Origin: Pseudomonadota bacterium
Lineage (GTDB): Bacteria; Pseudomonadota; Alphaproteobacteria; Caulobacterales; Hyphomonadaceae
Reading direction: 5' to 3'
Assembly (NCBI GenBank): GCA_038526245.1
Contig: JBCBGZ010000009.1
Span: 1,874 to 65,873 of the forward strand
Length of the DNA: 64,000 bases
The position numbers and the translations under genes were made by a program. The notes beneath the pieces were generated by a model. That model made no database searches. It was not told the origin of the DNA and saw only the letters and a list, made by a program, of their open reading frames with translations. Positions 39,343 to 49,903 of this stretch are shown piece after piece. Within the stretch, counting starts at the first letter, position 1; each line of letters opens with the position of its first letter.

Positions 39343-40704
39343 TCAGGCGCCGTAACGTGACTGGAGCATGGACCAGCTCGCGCGCAGACCCGTCGCCGCT
39401 CCGCCAGCCGGGCGGCCATACTTGGACTCCCGCCAGGCCCAGATGTCGAAATGCATCCATCGCGGCGCTTCGACAAAGCGCGACAGGTAAACGGCAGCTG
39501 TAATCGACCCGCCCATCCGGCCACCCGCGTTCGAGATGTCAGCGATCGAACTGGACAGCATGGACTCATAGGGCCGCCAAAGGGGCATCCGCCACACTGG
39601 TTCTCCGGACGCCTTCGCGCCCGCCTCGATGGCTAAGGACAGCTCTTCATCATCGGTGTAGTAAGGTGCGAGATCGGGCCCAAGCGCGACACGGGCAGCG
39701 CCGGTCAGCGTGGCATAATCAACCAAAATGTCCGGGTTGCCTTCGCAAGCGCGGGCGAGCGCATCGCACAAGATCAAGCGTCCCTCGGCATCGGTGTTGT
39801 CGATCTCGACCTTCAGCCCCTTGCGCGTCGCAACGACATCTCCCGGCCGGAACGCATTGCCGGCGATCGCATTTTCGACCGCAGGCACATAGAGCTTCAG
39901 GAAGACCGGGAGCTGGGCCTCCATAACTAGTTTTGCGAGACCGATGGCGTGGGCCGCACCGCCCATATCCTTTTTCATCAGGCGCATGTAATCGCCCGTC
40001 TTGATATTCAGGCCCCCGGTATCGAAGGCGACGCCTTTGCCAACAATTGCGAGTTCGGGATGATCCGGGTTGCCCCAGCTTAACTCCATCAGGCGTGGGG
40101 CAATATCGGCCGCCCGGCCGACGGCGTGGATCATCGGATAGTTCTGATCCAGCAACGCATCGCCCAGCGTGGTCTCCAGGCGCGCACCATTGTCTTCGGC
40201 CAATGCGGAAATCGCGCCCTGGATGGCATCCGGTCCCATATCTTCAGCCGGTGTGTTCACAAGGTCGCGAACGAACCGAACGGCGCTGGCCTCCCGATCG
40301 ATGGCCACACTGTCTTCGCCCTCTGGCAGCACCAGTTGCGGCGGCGCGGAAGCGGCATCCCGGTAAGCATCGAAGCTGTATGCGCCATCGTGCCAGCCAG
40401 CTGCGGCAGACGCGAAGCTGAATCCGTCCGGAAGTCGGGCGATTTCATAGGCCCCCTTCGGAAGCCTTGCGGACAGGGCAGCAAGCGCCAGTGCGTCGCG
40501 TCCAGAACCAATTCCAAACAAGACGTCTCCAAGGCTGCCATCGCTGCGCGGGGAAATCACGCACTGGCCTTGAGCGCCCACAAACCCCGATGCATCGGCA
40601 AATGCGCCAAGGGGTCCGCCGGGCCGCGCCTCCTGCCAGTCGGAGGAGGTGAAAACGTGGATCTGAGCCGGAGCCTCTGCCGACGCTGTAAATACGGGGT
40701 CCAT
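39343..40704 (-). CDS. leucyl aminopeptidase family protein (M17)
   Basis: Signature NTDAEGRL, plus VGKGVAFDTGGLNIK. Start at ATG 40704, which has GAGGAG upstream. Confidence 0.9.
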   Translation of the reverse strand: MDPVFTASAEAPAQIHVFTSSDWQEARPGGPLGAFADASGFVGAQGQCVISPRSDGSLGDVLFGIGSGRDALALAALSARLPKGAYEIARLPDGFSFASAAAGWHDGAYSFDAYRDAASAPPQLVLPEGEDSVAIDREASAVRFVRDLVNTPAEDMGPDAIQGAISALAEDNGARLETTLGDALLDQNYPMIHAVGRAADIAPRLMELSWGNPDHPELAIVGKGVAFDTGGLNIKTGDYMRLMKKDMGGAAHAIGLAKLVMEAQLPVFLKLYVPAVENAIAGNAFRPGDVVATRKGLKVEIDNTDAEGRLILCDALARACEGNPDILVDYATLTGAARVALGPDLAPYYTDDEELSLAIEAGAKASGEPVWRMPLWRPYESMLSSSIADISNAGGRMGGSITAAVYLSRFVEAPRWMHFDIWAWRESKYGRPAGGAATGLRASWSMLQSRYGA

Positions 40705-40823
40705 TTTGGCTCCTCTAGGGAAAAAGCGCAGAAAAGTTAAGGGATGAGCCCGCAGCGTTAACCAGTCCTTGACCGGGGCCTGCGCACATCTTTCGACATC
40801 CTTAGAACGTGAGGTAATGCGAC

Positions 40824-41711
40824 ATGTCCAGTGCCCAAAAAGGCAAACTGTCCCTGGTGGTGGCCGCAGCAATCGCCCTGGGTGGTTGTGCAACCGATGG
40901 CAGTGCTGTTCTTCCGGTTCAGTCAGAGGTCGCGCCCGAAACAGATCCGCAGTTCATGCCCGCCACAGCGGAAGAGCGCGAAATCGCCAATCGGATGCCA
41001 CCCCTCGAGCGGGCAAACTTCTGGGCTGTCGAGTATGCGAAAACGCCAGAAGACCTCGACACCGCACTCGATTTCGCCCGTGCGCTCGCCGGTATCGGCA
41101 GCCATGAGCGTATCGTTCAATTGATGACAGAGACGGAAGTTATCCATCCCTTCTCCGCCGAAGTGAAACGCCTGAAAGCCCGCAGCATGACTGCGACAAA
41201 CGACTTTGCTGGCGCACGCCGGGCCTTGCAGGCAGCCGCCGTCATCGCTCCGGCAGATGCGGCCATCCTCGCATCGCTGGCACTGACAAATGACCGTCTG
41301 GGAGATCATGTCACAGCCCAGGTGGCCTACCGCCAGGCCCTTGAAATCGACCCCAATCGGGTCGCGACCCTATCCAATTTCGGATTGTCACTCGCCCTAT
41401 CGGGTGACCTCGATGCTGCCGAGGGCCAGCTCCGCAAGGCAGCCAGCCTCGAGGGCGCGAACTCCAATGTACGCCAGAACCTCGCCCTTGTGCTCGGTTT
41501 GCAAGGTCGGTTCGATGAAATGATCGAAGCGGCTGGGGATGCCCCCGAAGAAACCATGCGCCGGAATGCGGAATTGTTGCGCGAGTTGCGGGGTGACGCG
41601 CCTCCAACCTCGATCGCGCCCGACGCAACTACCAATGATGGGCCGACCGAAACTGCAAAAGAAGAAGCCTCCGCTCGCGCCCCATCCCTTCGCCGCAGCT
41701 CGGAGGGCTGA
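40824..41711 (+). CDS. tadD: TPR-repeat lipoprotein, TadD-like pilus assembly protein
   Basis: Lipobox LVVAAAIALGGC, TPR repeats (AYRQALEIDPNRVATLSNFGLSLALSGDLDAAE). It lies next to the tad locus. Confidence 0.65.
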   Translation: MSSAQKGKLSLVVAAAIALGGCATDGSAVLPVQSEVAPETDPQFMPATAEEREIANRMPPLERANFWAVEYAKTPEDLDTALDFARALAGIGSHERIVQLMTETEVIHPFSAEVKRLKARSMTATNDFAGARRALQAAAVIAPADAAILASLALTNDRLGDHVTAQVAYRQALEIDPNRVATLSNFGLSLALSGDLDAAEGQLRKAASLEGANSNVRQNLALVLGLQGRFDEMIEAAGDAPEETMRRNAELLRELRGDAPPTSIAPDATTNDGPTETAKEEASARAPSLRRSSEG

Positions 41712-41734
41712 TCTTCAAAGCAACCTGGTAACGC

Positions 41735-41774
41735 AAAGGCCCGCTGCGCTATGATGTGCAGCGGGCCTTTTTTT
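41735..41774. terminator. shared terminator between convergent tadD and tadC
   Basis: Perfect 13-bp stem AAAGGCCCGCTGC / GCAGCGGGCCTTT with a 10-nt loop. T7 run on the plus strand and a shorter T-rich tail on the minus strand. Confidence 0.8.
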
Positions 41775-41809
41775 ATGTCGGCGAGCAAAGCGGCGCGCGG
41801 ACCGCCGCC

Positions 41810-42775
41810 CTACATTTCCTGGAAGTTGATATAGGCCGGGCCGAGCACCACAACGAACAGCACTGGCAGGAAGAATACGATCATGGGCACGGTCAGCTTG
41901 GCAGGCAGGGCGGCTGCCTTCTTCTCGGCCTCGGACATGCGCATATCCCGGTTTTCCTTGGCCATGACGCGCAGGGCGTCGCCGAGGGGCGTGCCGTAGC
42001 GCTCGCCCTGGACGAGGGCCATGCATACCGATTTCACGCCCTCATGGCCCGTACGCTTGGCCAGGTTTTCATAGGCCATGCGCCGCTCGGGCAGGTAGGA
42101 AAGCTCTGCCGTTGTCAGCGTCAGTTCCTCGGCGAGTTCAGGCGACGCCGAGCCGATCTCACTGCCCACCTTTCCGAAGGCCATCTCGATCGACATACCG
42201 GATTCAACACAGATCAGCAGCATGTCCAACGCGTCGGGAAAGGCCTTCATAATCGAAGCCTGACGCTTTTGTTTCAAGTTCCCGATATACATGGTCGGCG
42301 CATAGAAACCCGCCGCTGCACCAAACAGGATCGCGCCGTATTTCTGGATGGGCTCAAACCCCATATCGTTGACGAAGAAGATATAGATGAAGGTCGCGAC
42401 TGCGCCCACAAAGGGCAACGAGAATCGGAAGAAGTAGAAGGTGGCGATGGGTTTCGGCCCGCGAAAGCCCGCCTGCGCCAGGCTTTGCTCCACATTCGGG
42501 TCTTCCAGAAGCGTCGCCAGGTTCAGCTTCTTTGTAATGTCAGCCATTGTGCCCTTGGCTTCGCGGCGGATCGATTTTCCGTCTTGTTCCAGCCGGGCGC
42601 GGGACTGCTTGCGCAACCGCTCGCGCTGGGTGGTAACGGCCTTCAGACGTGTTTCGAGCTTGTCGCCCTTGAGCGCGGGCAGCGACAACGAAACGATCGT
42701 TGCAAACATGGCCGCCGCCGCCAGGATCGAGGCGAGGGTTGGTCCGTTCAGGAAGGTCTCAGCAAAGCTCTCCAC
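41810..42775 (-). CDS. tadC: type II secretion F-family inner membrane protein TadC
   Basis: T2SSF-like domain (FPDALDMLLICVESGMSIEMAF...) and its position after tadB. Confidence 0.85.
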   Translation of the reverse strand: MESFAETFLNGPTLASILAAAAMFATIVSLSLPALKGDKLETRLKAVTTQRERLRKQSRARLEQDGKSIRREAKGTMADITKKLNLATLLEDPNVEQSLAQAGFRGPKPIATFYFFRFSLPFVGAVATFIYIFFVNDMGFEPIQKYGAILFGAAAGFYAPTMYIGNLKQKRQASIMKAFPDALDMLLICVESGMSIEMAFGKVGSEIGSASPELAEELTLTTAELSYLPERRMAYENLAKRTGHEGVKSVCMALVQGERYGTPLGDALRVMAKENRDMRMSEAEKKAAALPAKLTVPMIVFFLPVLFVVVLGPAYINFQEM

Positions 42776-42784
42776 ACGCGCCCC

Positions 42785-43813
42785 CTAGATCTCGAAGTTG
42801 ATCATGTTGCGCATCACCATGATGCCGCAGAACATCCAGAAGGCACCGCCTGCCAGGAAGGTATGCCCGAGGGATGTGGTGAAGAGTTTCATAACGTATT
42901 CGGGGGTGGTCATGTAGACCATGCCGCCCACGGCAAACGGCAATGAGCCGATAATCATGGCGGACGCTTTCGCCTCCGACGACATCGCCTTGATCTTCTC
43001 ACGCATCATTTTGCGCGACCGGATGATGCTTGAGAGGTTGCCAAGGGCTTCCGAAAGGTTACCGCCCGACTTGGACTGAATGTTCAGCACGATGACGAAA
43101 AAGTTCACCTCGGGCAGCGGGACGCTCTGGTAGAATTTTCCCAATGCCTGCTCGACTGTGTTGCCCATACGGATGTTGTCCGACAGCTGTTGGAATTCCG
43201 TTGAGAGCGGATCGGGGCTTTCCCGCGCAATAATCTGAAGACATTCGTTCAATGGCAGGCCGGATTTCACACCCCGCACAATGATATCGATGGCATCGGC
43301 AAACTGGTTGGTCAGTTTCTTGTTCCGCATGCCTGCCAGAAAGCCCAGCAGGAAACGTGGCAGCCCCAGGAAGCCTGCAAAACCGGCCGCGAAGATCACG
43401 ACAGGCCGCGAGCGCAGCTCAATGCCGCTGACGGTGGCGCCATCCGCGCCGGAAATGTAAGCCACGGTGGCCGCTGTCAGCCCCAACACCACGGAGGCGA
43501 TCCAGAACGCCGATATTGGAACGTCCAGGCCAGCCTGCTTTAGACGCGAGCCGATATCGCGCGGCATGATTGAGCGCTTCCGGGCTTCGTTCTCCGTGCG
43601 TAGCCGGTCGAGCATCTGCTGTGTCTGGCGACGCCGGCTATCCTGCTTTTCATTGCGCGCCTTGCTCACGCGATCTTTCTTGTCGCTGGAAAGTTGCTTG
43701 GCGCGCTTCGCAACCGCTTCGCCCGATCCACCACCGGCAAAGGCCAGTCCAACCCCTGCGATTGCAAGGAACGCCAATCCAGCAATGCCGTATATGATCA
43801 GGTCTTCGTTCAT
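42785..43813 (-). CDS. tadB: type II secretion F-family inner membrane protein TadB
   Basis: T2SSF domain (FADAIDIIVRGVKSGLPLNECL...) and its position after cpaF. Confidence 0.85.
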   Translation of the reverse strand: MNEDLIIYGIAGLAFLAIAGVGLAFAGGGSGEAVAKRAKQLSSDKKDRVSKARNEKQDSRRRQTQQMLDRLRTENEARKRSIMPRDIGSRLKQAGLDVPISAFWIASVVLGLTAATVAYISGADGATVSGIELRSRPVVIFAAGFAGFLGLPRFLLGFLAGMRNKKLTNQFADAIDIIVRGVKSGLPLNECLQIIARESPDPLSTEFQQLSDNIRMGNTVEQALGKFYQSVPLPEVNFFVIVLNIQSKSGGNLSEALGNLSSIIRSRKMMREKIKAMSSEAKASAMIIGSLPFAVGGMVYMTTPEYVMKLFTTSLGHTFLAGGAFWMFCGIMVMRNMINFEI

Positions 43814-43816
43814 ATC

Positions 43817-45259
43817 CTAGCCCAACTCGTCCAGCGCCTTGGCCAGATCACTTTCAAGGTTGTAGTACGACGCACGTTCCCAGAAGCGGGGGCGACCAAT
43901 ACCCGTGCCCCTGTGGGCACCCTTCACCTTGCCGTTCTCATCCTCGCCGTCGATTTCGTACTTCAGCACGTCCTGGAGAATGACGGTGTCACCTTCCAGG
44001 CCCATCACTTCGGTCACGTTCATGATCTTCCGGGAGCCATCGCGAAGGCGCGACGCCTGGACCACAATGTCGATCGAGCCGACGATCATTTCGCGGATCG
44101 TTTTCGCAGGCAGCGAGAAGCCACCCATGGTGATCATCGATTCCACACGGCTCAGCCCCTCGCGCGGGGTGTTGGCATGCAGGGTTCCCATGGAGCCATC
44201 GTGACCTGTGTTCATGGCCTGCAAGAGGTCGAACGCTTCCGGCCCACGCACCTCGCCCACGATGATCCGCTCAGGACGCATCCGCAGGCAGTTCTTTACG
44301 AGATCGCGCATGGAAATCTCGCCAGACCCTTCAATGTTTGGTGGGCGGGTTTCAAGGCGCACCACGTGGGGCTGCTGGAGCTGCAATTCCGCGGAGTCTT
44401 CGCAGGTGATGACCCGTTCACCGGGCTCAATGAAACCCGTCAGGCAATTCAGCAGGGTGGTTTTACCAGAGCCCGTACCGCCGGAAATCAGAACATTGCA
44501 ACGCGAATGACCGATGATTCGAAGGATTTCAGCGCCTGCGGGAGAGATTGAACCGAAATTCACAAGGTCCTGAAGGCGCAGCTTGTCCTTCTTAAACTTA
44601 CGAATGGTGAGTGTTGGCCCATCAATGGCCAGCGGAGGCGCGATGACGTTCACACGCGAGCCATCCAGAAGACGCGCGTCACAGATGGGAGAGCTCTCGT
44701 CCACGCGTCGGCCAACCTGGGACACGATGCGCTGACAGATGTTCATCAGCTGGGCGTTGTCGCGGAACCGGATATTGGTCCGTTCAATCTTGCCGCTAAC
44801 CTCAATGTAACAAGTATCCGCACCGTTCACCATGATATCGGCGATGTCGTCGCGGGCCAGAAGCGGCTCTAGCGGGCCGTAGCCGAGCACGTCGTTACAG
44901 ATATCGTCGAGCAGTTGTTCCTGCTCTGAAATCGACATCACCACGTTCTTGATAGCGATGATTTCGACGACGATGTCGCGGATTTCCTCGCGCGCACTTT
45001 CCGGATCAAGCTGCGCCAACTGCGCCAGATCGATAGTGTCGATCAGCGCATTGAAGATGGTCATCTTGGTTGTGTAGTACGCCTCAGAACGGGTATCGAC
45101 GTCGCGAACCGGCTCAGGCTCAGCCTGGGGAACAGGCGCTTTGGCTACAGGCTTCTTTGGCTCCGGCGCAGGCGCTTTCGCTTCAGGTTTCGGCTTCGGC
45201 GCCGCCTTCGGACTCGGCGCGGTCGCAACGCCGCCAGCTTGTTTCTTGCCAAATCCCAT
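43817..45259 (-). CDS. cpaF: Flp pilus assembly ATPase CpaF/TadA
   Basis: Walker [25 protein letters not shown], and a TadA-type secretion ATPase core. The N-terminus is Ala/Pro/Lys-rich. Confidence 0.95.
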   Translation of the reverse strand: MGFGKKQAGGVATAPSPKAAPKPKPEAKAPAPEPKKPVAKAPVPQAEPEPVRDVDTRSEAYYTTKMTIFNALIDTIDLAQLAQLDPESAREEIRDIVVEIIAIKNVVMSISEQEQLLDDICNDVLGYGPLEPLLARDDIADIMVNGADTCYIEVSGKIERTNIRFRDNAQLMNICQRIVSQVGRRVDESSPICDARLLDGSRVNVIAPPLAIDGPTLTIRKFKKDKLRLQDLVNFGSISPAGAEILRIIGHSRCNVLISGGTGSGKTTLLNCLTGFIEPGERVITCEDSAELQLQQPHVVRLETRPPNIEGSGEISMRDLVKNCLRMRPERIIVGEVRGPEAFDLLQAMNTGHDGSMGTLHANTPREGLSRVESMITMGGFSLPAKTIREMIVGSIDIVVQASRLRDGSRKIMNVTEVMGLEGDTVILQDVLKYEIDGEDENGKVKGAHRGTGIGRPRFWERASYYNLESDLAKALDELG

Positions 45260-45276
45260 GGTTCAGCCCGCGCTCC

Positions 45277-46719
45277 CTACTTACCCATCAGCTTGGCAAG
45301 CAAGCTCTTGGTGGGTTGTTGCACTGTCTGGCCACTGATTGCCGAGGCGAGGTGATCAATCGCCAGGGATGGTTTGGATGCCGGGTCGGTCTCGGAAATC
45401 ATCTGGCCATTATTGGCCGCAATCCCGAACAGGTGCGGATCGAACGGCAGCACAATCTCCGGCTCGAACCCAATAGCCGCAGCGAAATCCTTCACGGGGA
45501 TTTCCGGGCGCTTCGGAATGCCGACCATGTTCAGAACCAGGCGGGGCGCGGTATCATTGGGCCGCTCGGCCGTCAGCTGGTCAATGATGTTCTTGCCATT
45601 GCGCAGGGATGCGAGATCGGGTTGGCAGACAATGACCAACTCATCGGCATCCACCAGGGTTTGCATCACCCAGGGGTTCCAGGCGTGCGGCAAGTCGAGG
45701 ATGACATAGGGCGTGTTGCGGCGCACGGTTTCGATCACCTTGCCGTAGGCCTCGGTGGGGATCTCCGGCATGTCGGCCACGGTTGCAGGCGCAGCAAACA
45801 GCGAAAGCCGGTCTGTGGCGCGGGCGAGAAGGCGATTGACCACGGCTTCGTCGGCGCGGTCCGGGTCGAGCAACGCGTCCACGACGGTCTGCGCAGGATC
45901 TTCGTTGAAATCCAGCGCCGTGGTGCCGAAGGATACGTCAAGGTCGACCAGAGTCGTGTTGCGCCGGGCATTTTCTGCCATGGACCAGGCCAGGTTGTGG
46001 GCGATGGTCGAGCTGCCAACGCCGCCTTTGGCGCCGACCACGGCAATCGAGCGACCCAGGAACGGCGCATCGGGGTCCGTAAACAGGTCAGAAATTGATC
46101 GAATGATTTGCAGCGGCTGGATGGGCGGAACCAGATACTCGCTGACGCCGCGCGCGACGAGTTGACGATAGAGCGGAATGTCGTTCGTCGCGCCGATGAC
46201 CATAACTTCGACGCCTTCGTCGCAATGTTCCGCGAGGCGGTCGATTTGAGCCACCATTTGGGGACCCGGCGCAGTGCTTTCGATCAGCAACAAATTGGGC
46301 GTGGCGTTTTCCGTCAGATAGGCCGTTGCAGCTTCAAGACCGCCTTCGAACACCTCTACGCTGGCACGGTTCATGCGCCGATCGCCGGCCATCGCTTCAA
46401 TCAGTTCACGCGTTTCGCTGTTCTCGATGAAGGCAAGAACGGAAATTGCCGGGATGGGTTTGTCTCCCATCTCGGGCACAAGGTCCGGCAGCTCAGCAAC
46501 AGGCTCGCTGGATGAGGTGTCTTCGCTCTCGAACGGGGTCAGCTCTTTCGCGGGAGGATCAAGATCAACGCCGACAGTCTGGTCGTCGGCCACGTCTTCC
46601 ACGGCACTTTCAAGCCCTTCCAGGCCCAAATCGGTGTCTTCGGTCTCGAGGTCGATATCGTCAAAGGTTTCGAGATCGAAGTCGAAATCGTCTTCAAACA
46701 GTGCGCTGTCTTTTCCCAT
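45277..46719 (-). CDS. cpaE: pilus assembly protein CpaE/TadZ (receiver-like + MinD/ParA-like ATPase)
   Basis: VVGAKGGVGSSTIAHNLA (deviant Walker A). Strongly acidic N-terminus (DFDFDLETFDDIDLETEDTDLGLEG). Confidence 0.9.
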   Translation of the reverse strand: MGKDSALFEDDFDFDLETFDDIDLETEDTDLGLEGLESAVEDVADDQTVGVDLDPPAKELTPFESEDTSSSEPVAELPDLVPEMGDKPIPAISVLAFIENSETRELIEAMAGDRRMNRASVEVFEGGLEAATAYLTENATPNLLLIESTAPGPQMVAQIDRLAEHCDEGVEVMVIGATNDIPLYRQLVARGVSEYLVPPIQPLQIIRSISDLFTDPDAPFLGRSIAVVGAKGGVGSSTIAHNLAWSMAENARRNTTLVDLDVSFGTTALDFNEDPAQTVVDALLDPDRADEAVVNRLLARATDRLSLFAAPATVADMPEIPTEAYGKVIETVRRNTPYVILDLPHAWNPWVMQTLVDADELVIVCQPDLASLRNGKNIIDQLTAERPNDTAPRLVLNMVGIPKRPEIPVKDFAAAIGFEPEIVLPFDPHLFGIAANNGQMISETDPASKPSLAIDHLASAISGQTVQQPTKSLLAKLMGK

Positions 46720-46761
46720 CGAACCTACTCCAAATCCTACTGACGCCGGTTACGGGCGTGT

Positions 46762-47439
46762 CTATCCGCCTACGCCGACCGCTTCGCCGCCGCCCCAATT
46801 GCCTGACCGATATGCTTCCATCACAATGGAGACCCTGGAGTTCTCACCAGGGCTGATTTCACGCCGCGAGAGCAAATCGCCGGGATCGGCGAGCATCATC
46901 GCGATATTGTTGCGTACCGCGCAGCCATAATAGGCCGGCTCATTGTTGCTTGAGATGTCTGACATGTCATAGGCCGCGAGAGAGAGACACTCCGGCGCCA
47001 CGGCTTCATAGGCGTCAAACGCCAGCAAAATGGGCGCGTTGGCGCCGTTGGCATTGTAGGCTGAGCCGGAAATTTGTTCCCAGGAAATCCCGCTTTCCCA
47101 AGCCAGGTTGCGCACGTTTTTCAGCGCTTCAATCGATGCGTCCGGGTAGAGCCCGTTTTCCGGCATCGCCATGACAAGCTCGCCGTGGCCGCGGTCGCGA
47201 TAGGCGGCAACGAACCGCTCCAGCGCGCGACGATCTGCCAGGCGCAATTCTGGATAAAGCGGGTTGATCTCGATCTCGAGCACTTCGGTAACGCGCTCAA
47301 CGCCGATGCGATTGTTATCGAACGGCAAGCCCTCCAGCTGCACGTTCTCCGGCAGCGCGAGATCATTGTTCGAACAGGCGCCGACAGCTGCCAGCGCGGC
47401 GCCGGCCAGGAGGAATTTGGAGAGTTTCGTAACGCTCAC
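46762..47439 (-). CDS. cpaD: pilus biogenesis lipoprotein CpaD
   Basis: Lipobox LAGAALAAVGAC. Size and position between cpaC and cpaE fit. The C-terminal YYGCA motif resembles CpaD. Confidence 0.7.
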   Translation of the reverse strand: MSVTKLSKFLLAGAALAAVGACSNNDLALPENVQLEGLPFDNNRIGVERVTEVLEIEINPLYPELRLADRRALERFVAAYRDRGHGELVMAMPENGLYPDASIEALKNVRNLAWESGISWEQISGSAYNANGANAPILLAFDAYEAVAPECLSLAAYDMSDISSNNEPAYYGCAVRNNIAMMLADPGDLLSRREISPGENSRVSIVMEAYRSGNWGGGEAVGVGG

Positions 47440-47450
47440 GGGAGGGTCTC

Positions 47451-48935
47451 CTATTCTTCGATAAAGCCGACAGGGGCGCGGTAAGTGTTTGCGTTGAGGC
47501 GCGCATCACCATTGCTGTACATCTGGTTCAGACGGCCAAAGAGGATGGCGTCGCGGTCACTCGGATTGGCGAAGCCATCCGCAGGCGTGCGCATGTCATG
47601 TTTGGAAGCGGAATCGACGAGATAAGGCGTGATCATGATCACCAGCTCAGTCTCATCATTGGTGAAGTCACGTGACTGGAAGAGGCTGCCTAGCACAGGC
47701 ACATTCTTGATGCCCGGGATCTGATCGAGCTCCTGGCGCGTGCGCGACTGGATCAGGCCTGCAATCATCATGGAGCGGCCAGATGGCAGCTCCACATTGG
47801 TTTCAACTTTCCGCGTCGTCAGCGATGGAATGCCACCAACAGCGCCCTGGGCGGCAAGTTCGGAGAACTCGGTCGCCACTTTCAGCGCGATACGGTTTTC
47901 GGTCATGACAGTGGGTGTGAAGCCCAGGCCGATACCGAATTGCTTGAATTCCACCCCTGCCGTGCCGTTCAGCGCGGCCGGTGTCGGCACGGCGAACTCG
48001 CCGCCTGCCTGGAAGGTCGCTGTCTCGCCCGAAAGCGCGGTCAGATTCGGCTCGGCGAGCGTGCGTGCCACACCCACACGCTCCAGAGCGTCGATGTCGA
48101 TGCTGACTTCGGACTGCAGCAGATTGCCGACAAAGTTCTGGTAGCCGAGCTCTGCACCAAACCCGCCAGCGAAGCCCGTGCCCTGAAAGCCAGCCTGTCC
48201 ATCCAGCGTGCGATTGTTTGGAATAGCTTGCGTTTCTGTGCCCGTGACCAGCCCCGTTGCTGGGTCTGTAATCAGAACGTCACCTTCGACAAACGTCTCG
48301 GCATCACCAAAGCTAGTATTGCCCTCGGGGCGAATGCCGAGCTGCTTAAGGAAGGTGCGCGACATCTCAACGATGCGCACTTCCAGCAAGACTTGATCAG
48401 CGGCAGCCACATTCAAGAGGTTCACCACGTTGGCTGTCTCGTAGAGATTGACGAGATCGAGCACCTGAGCGGCCTGGGCGGCATCATCAACTGTGCCTGT
48501 CAGAATAATCGAACCATTCACGGCCTCGGTCGTCACACGCGCTTGGGGAAGGTGGCGCGCGAGAAGCTCATCGAGGCCCGCCAGATCGTTCTCAACAACG
48601 ATTTCGAGATTCAGGATCTCGCGCCCTTCGGAATCGAAGAGGAACGCGTTGGTCTGGCCGAGCTGGACGCCGCGGAAAATAATGCGCTGCCGACTCTGAA
48701 CGGTGGCATCTGCAATGCCTGCATTGGTGATCACAACATCTGCGGCTGGGCGCGGCAGGTCGATCACTGTGGACTTGTTCAAGCCCAATTTCAGGGTCTG
48801 CGTAACAACGGAATCGCCTGGATCGACGATTTCAAGCCCTATGAGGTTCTGGGCATGGGCGAGCGGCGCCAGGCCGAGACCCAAGGCGACCGCACACGCA
48901 GCGGATTTGAAGAGAGTCAGTTTCATCGGGTTCAA
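47451..48935 (-). CDS. cpaC: Flp pilus secretin CpaC/RcpA
   Basis: Signal peptide, a BON/secretin N-domain, and a C-terminal secretin core (IPGIKNVPVLGSLFQS...ELVIMITPYLV). Confidence 0.95.
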   Translation of the reverse strand: MNPMKLTLFKSAACAVALGLGLAPLAHAQNLIGLEIVDPGDSVVTQTLKLGLNKSTVIDLPRPAADVVITNAGIADATVQSRQRIIFRGVQLGQTNAFLFDSEGREILNLEIVVENDLAGLDELLARHLPQARVTTEAVNGSIILTGTVDDAAQAAQVLDLVNLYETANVVNLLNVAAADQVLLEVRIVEMSRTFLKQLGIRPEGNTSFGDAETFVEGDVLITDPATGLVTGTETQAIPNNRTLDGQAGFQGTGFAGGFGAELGYQNFVGNLLQSEVSIDIDALERVGVARTLAEPNLTALSGETATFQAGGEFAVPTPAALNGTAGVEFKQFGIGLGFTPTVMTENRIALKVATEFSELAAQGAVGGIPSLTTRKVETNVELPSGRSMMIAGLIQSRTRQELDQIPGIKNVPVLGSLFQSRDFTNDETELVIMITPYLVDSASKHDMRTPADGFANPSDRDAILFGRLNQMYSNGDARLNANTYRAPVGFIEE

Positions 48936-49813
48936 CTCCCACCCAATTCTTCGACCTGGTCGACGGTCACATCGCCATTTCGATAGACACGGACTTCCGA
49001 TTCCTCGCGAATGTCAGCGAACTCATCGGTTGGCAGGACGTCGATCAAGAAGTCGGTCCGCGCCATAGTCGGCCCGCCTTCAACGAAATCCTGGAGCGAC
49101 CTGAGCGTCATCGTGACGGCCCCAAGACGATCGGCAAGGATGAGCAGTCTGGCCTGTTCGGGATAGAGCTCTACGGTCGCGGTTGAACCAATGGCGAACT
49201 GTCCGCCAGTTCCCTCTCCGAAAGCCTGGTCAATGGCAAGAACCCTCACATTTTCAATGAGCGTCAGGGTCGTTGGACGCGCCTCCTCGACGCCGTCCAC
49301 CAGCACTTGGACTTCCATGGAGATGTGCACGTCCACATGGTCGCCGGGCAAGATGAAGCCACCCGAGGCCCGGTCCACCGAAATCTCGACGGAAACCGCT
49401 CGCATACCGGGCGTAATCAGCGCGGCCATGTAGCCAGCCTCGCCCTTCTGCACGATTTTGTGTGGCAGGACAGGTTCGTTCTCGACCATCGATTTGCGCA
49501 CCACCGAGTTCGACAGGTCTTCGTTCGCGGATGGAAATACGTCCTGGGTAAAGTAGTTGATGTTGATGGCTTCATCGGGCCACTCTTTCCAGGCGAAATC
49601 CGTGGGGTAGAGCAGTTCTCCAACCGCAACGTCTCGCGTGACCACCAGAACCGGGGTTTGGGGTACTTCGATCACCTCAGTCACCTGAACCGGTGGCGGG
49701 GCGACCTCGACCGGGGTTGGCGCAGGCTGCTGAGCCATGTTGCGCACCAGGAACGCGGCACCAGCGGCGGCGCCAGCCGCGATCAGGAGAATGATGATTC
49801 GCATTGGTGACAT
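48932..49813 (-). CDS. cpaB: Flp pilus assembly protein CpaB (SAF domain)
   Basis: N-terminal TM MRIIILLIAAGAAAGAAFLV. Position and size fit. GGAGGA SD. ATGA overlap with cpaC. Confidence 0.85.
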   Translation of the reverse strand: MSPMRIIILLIAAGAAAGAAFLVRNMAQQPAPTPVEVAPPPVQVTEVIEVPQTPVLVVTRDVAVGELLYPTDFAWKEWPDEAININYFTQDVFPSANEDLSNSVVRKSMVENEPVLPHKIVQKGEAGYMAALITPGMRAVSVEISVDRASGGFILPGDHVDVHISMEVQVLVDGVEEARPTTLTLIENVRVLAIDQAFGEGTGGQFAIGSTATVELYPEQARLLILADRLGAVTMTLRSLQDFVEGGPTMARTDFLIDVLPTDEFADIREESEVRVYRNGDVTVDQVEELGGS

Positions 49814-49890
49814 GGTCGATCCTCCAAACTCGGCCGGTACATCGGGCAGCCTTCCCGTATGAGCGCGTTTTAGGTGCCGTGCGCTAAGGC

Positions 49891-49898
49891 ATGGTTAA
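49891..49898 (-). promoter_or_regulatory. exact TTAACCAT (CtrA-type 8-mer half site) in the cpaA-cpaB spacer
   Basis: Plus strand atggttaa equals minus strand TTAACCAT. It lies ~80 nt upstream of the cpaB ATG on the coding strand. Confidence 0.25.
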
Positions 49899-49903
49899 TG
49901 GGC

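Noticed and set aside
40737-40765. TTAA ... TTAACCAG in the M17-peptidase/tadD divergent spacer
   Set aside because: The half sites are 17 nt apart, and the 8-mer matches TTAACCAT at only 7 of 8 positions. That is too weak to call.
41756-42946. 396-aa plus-strand ORF over tadC/tadB
   Set aside because: It is antisense to conserved T2SS-F family genes. Its His/Arg/Gly-rich composition is a high-GC shadow frame.
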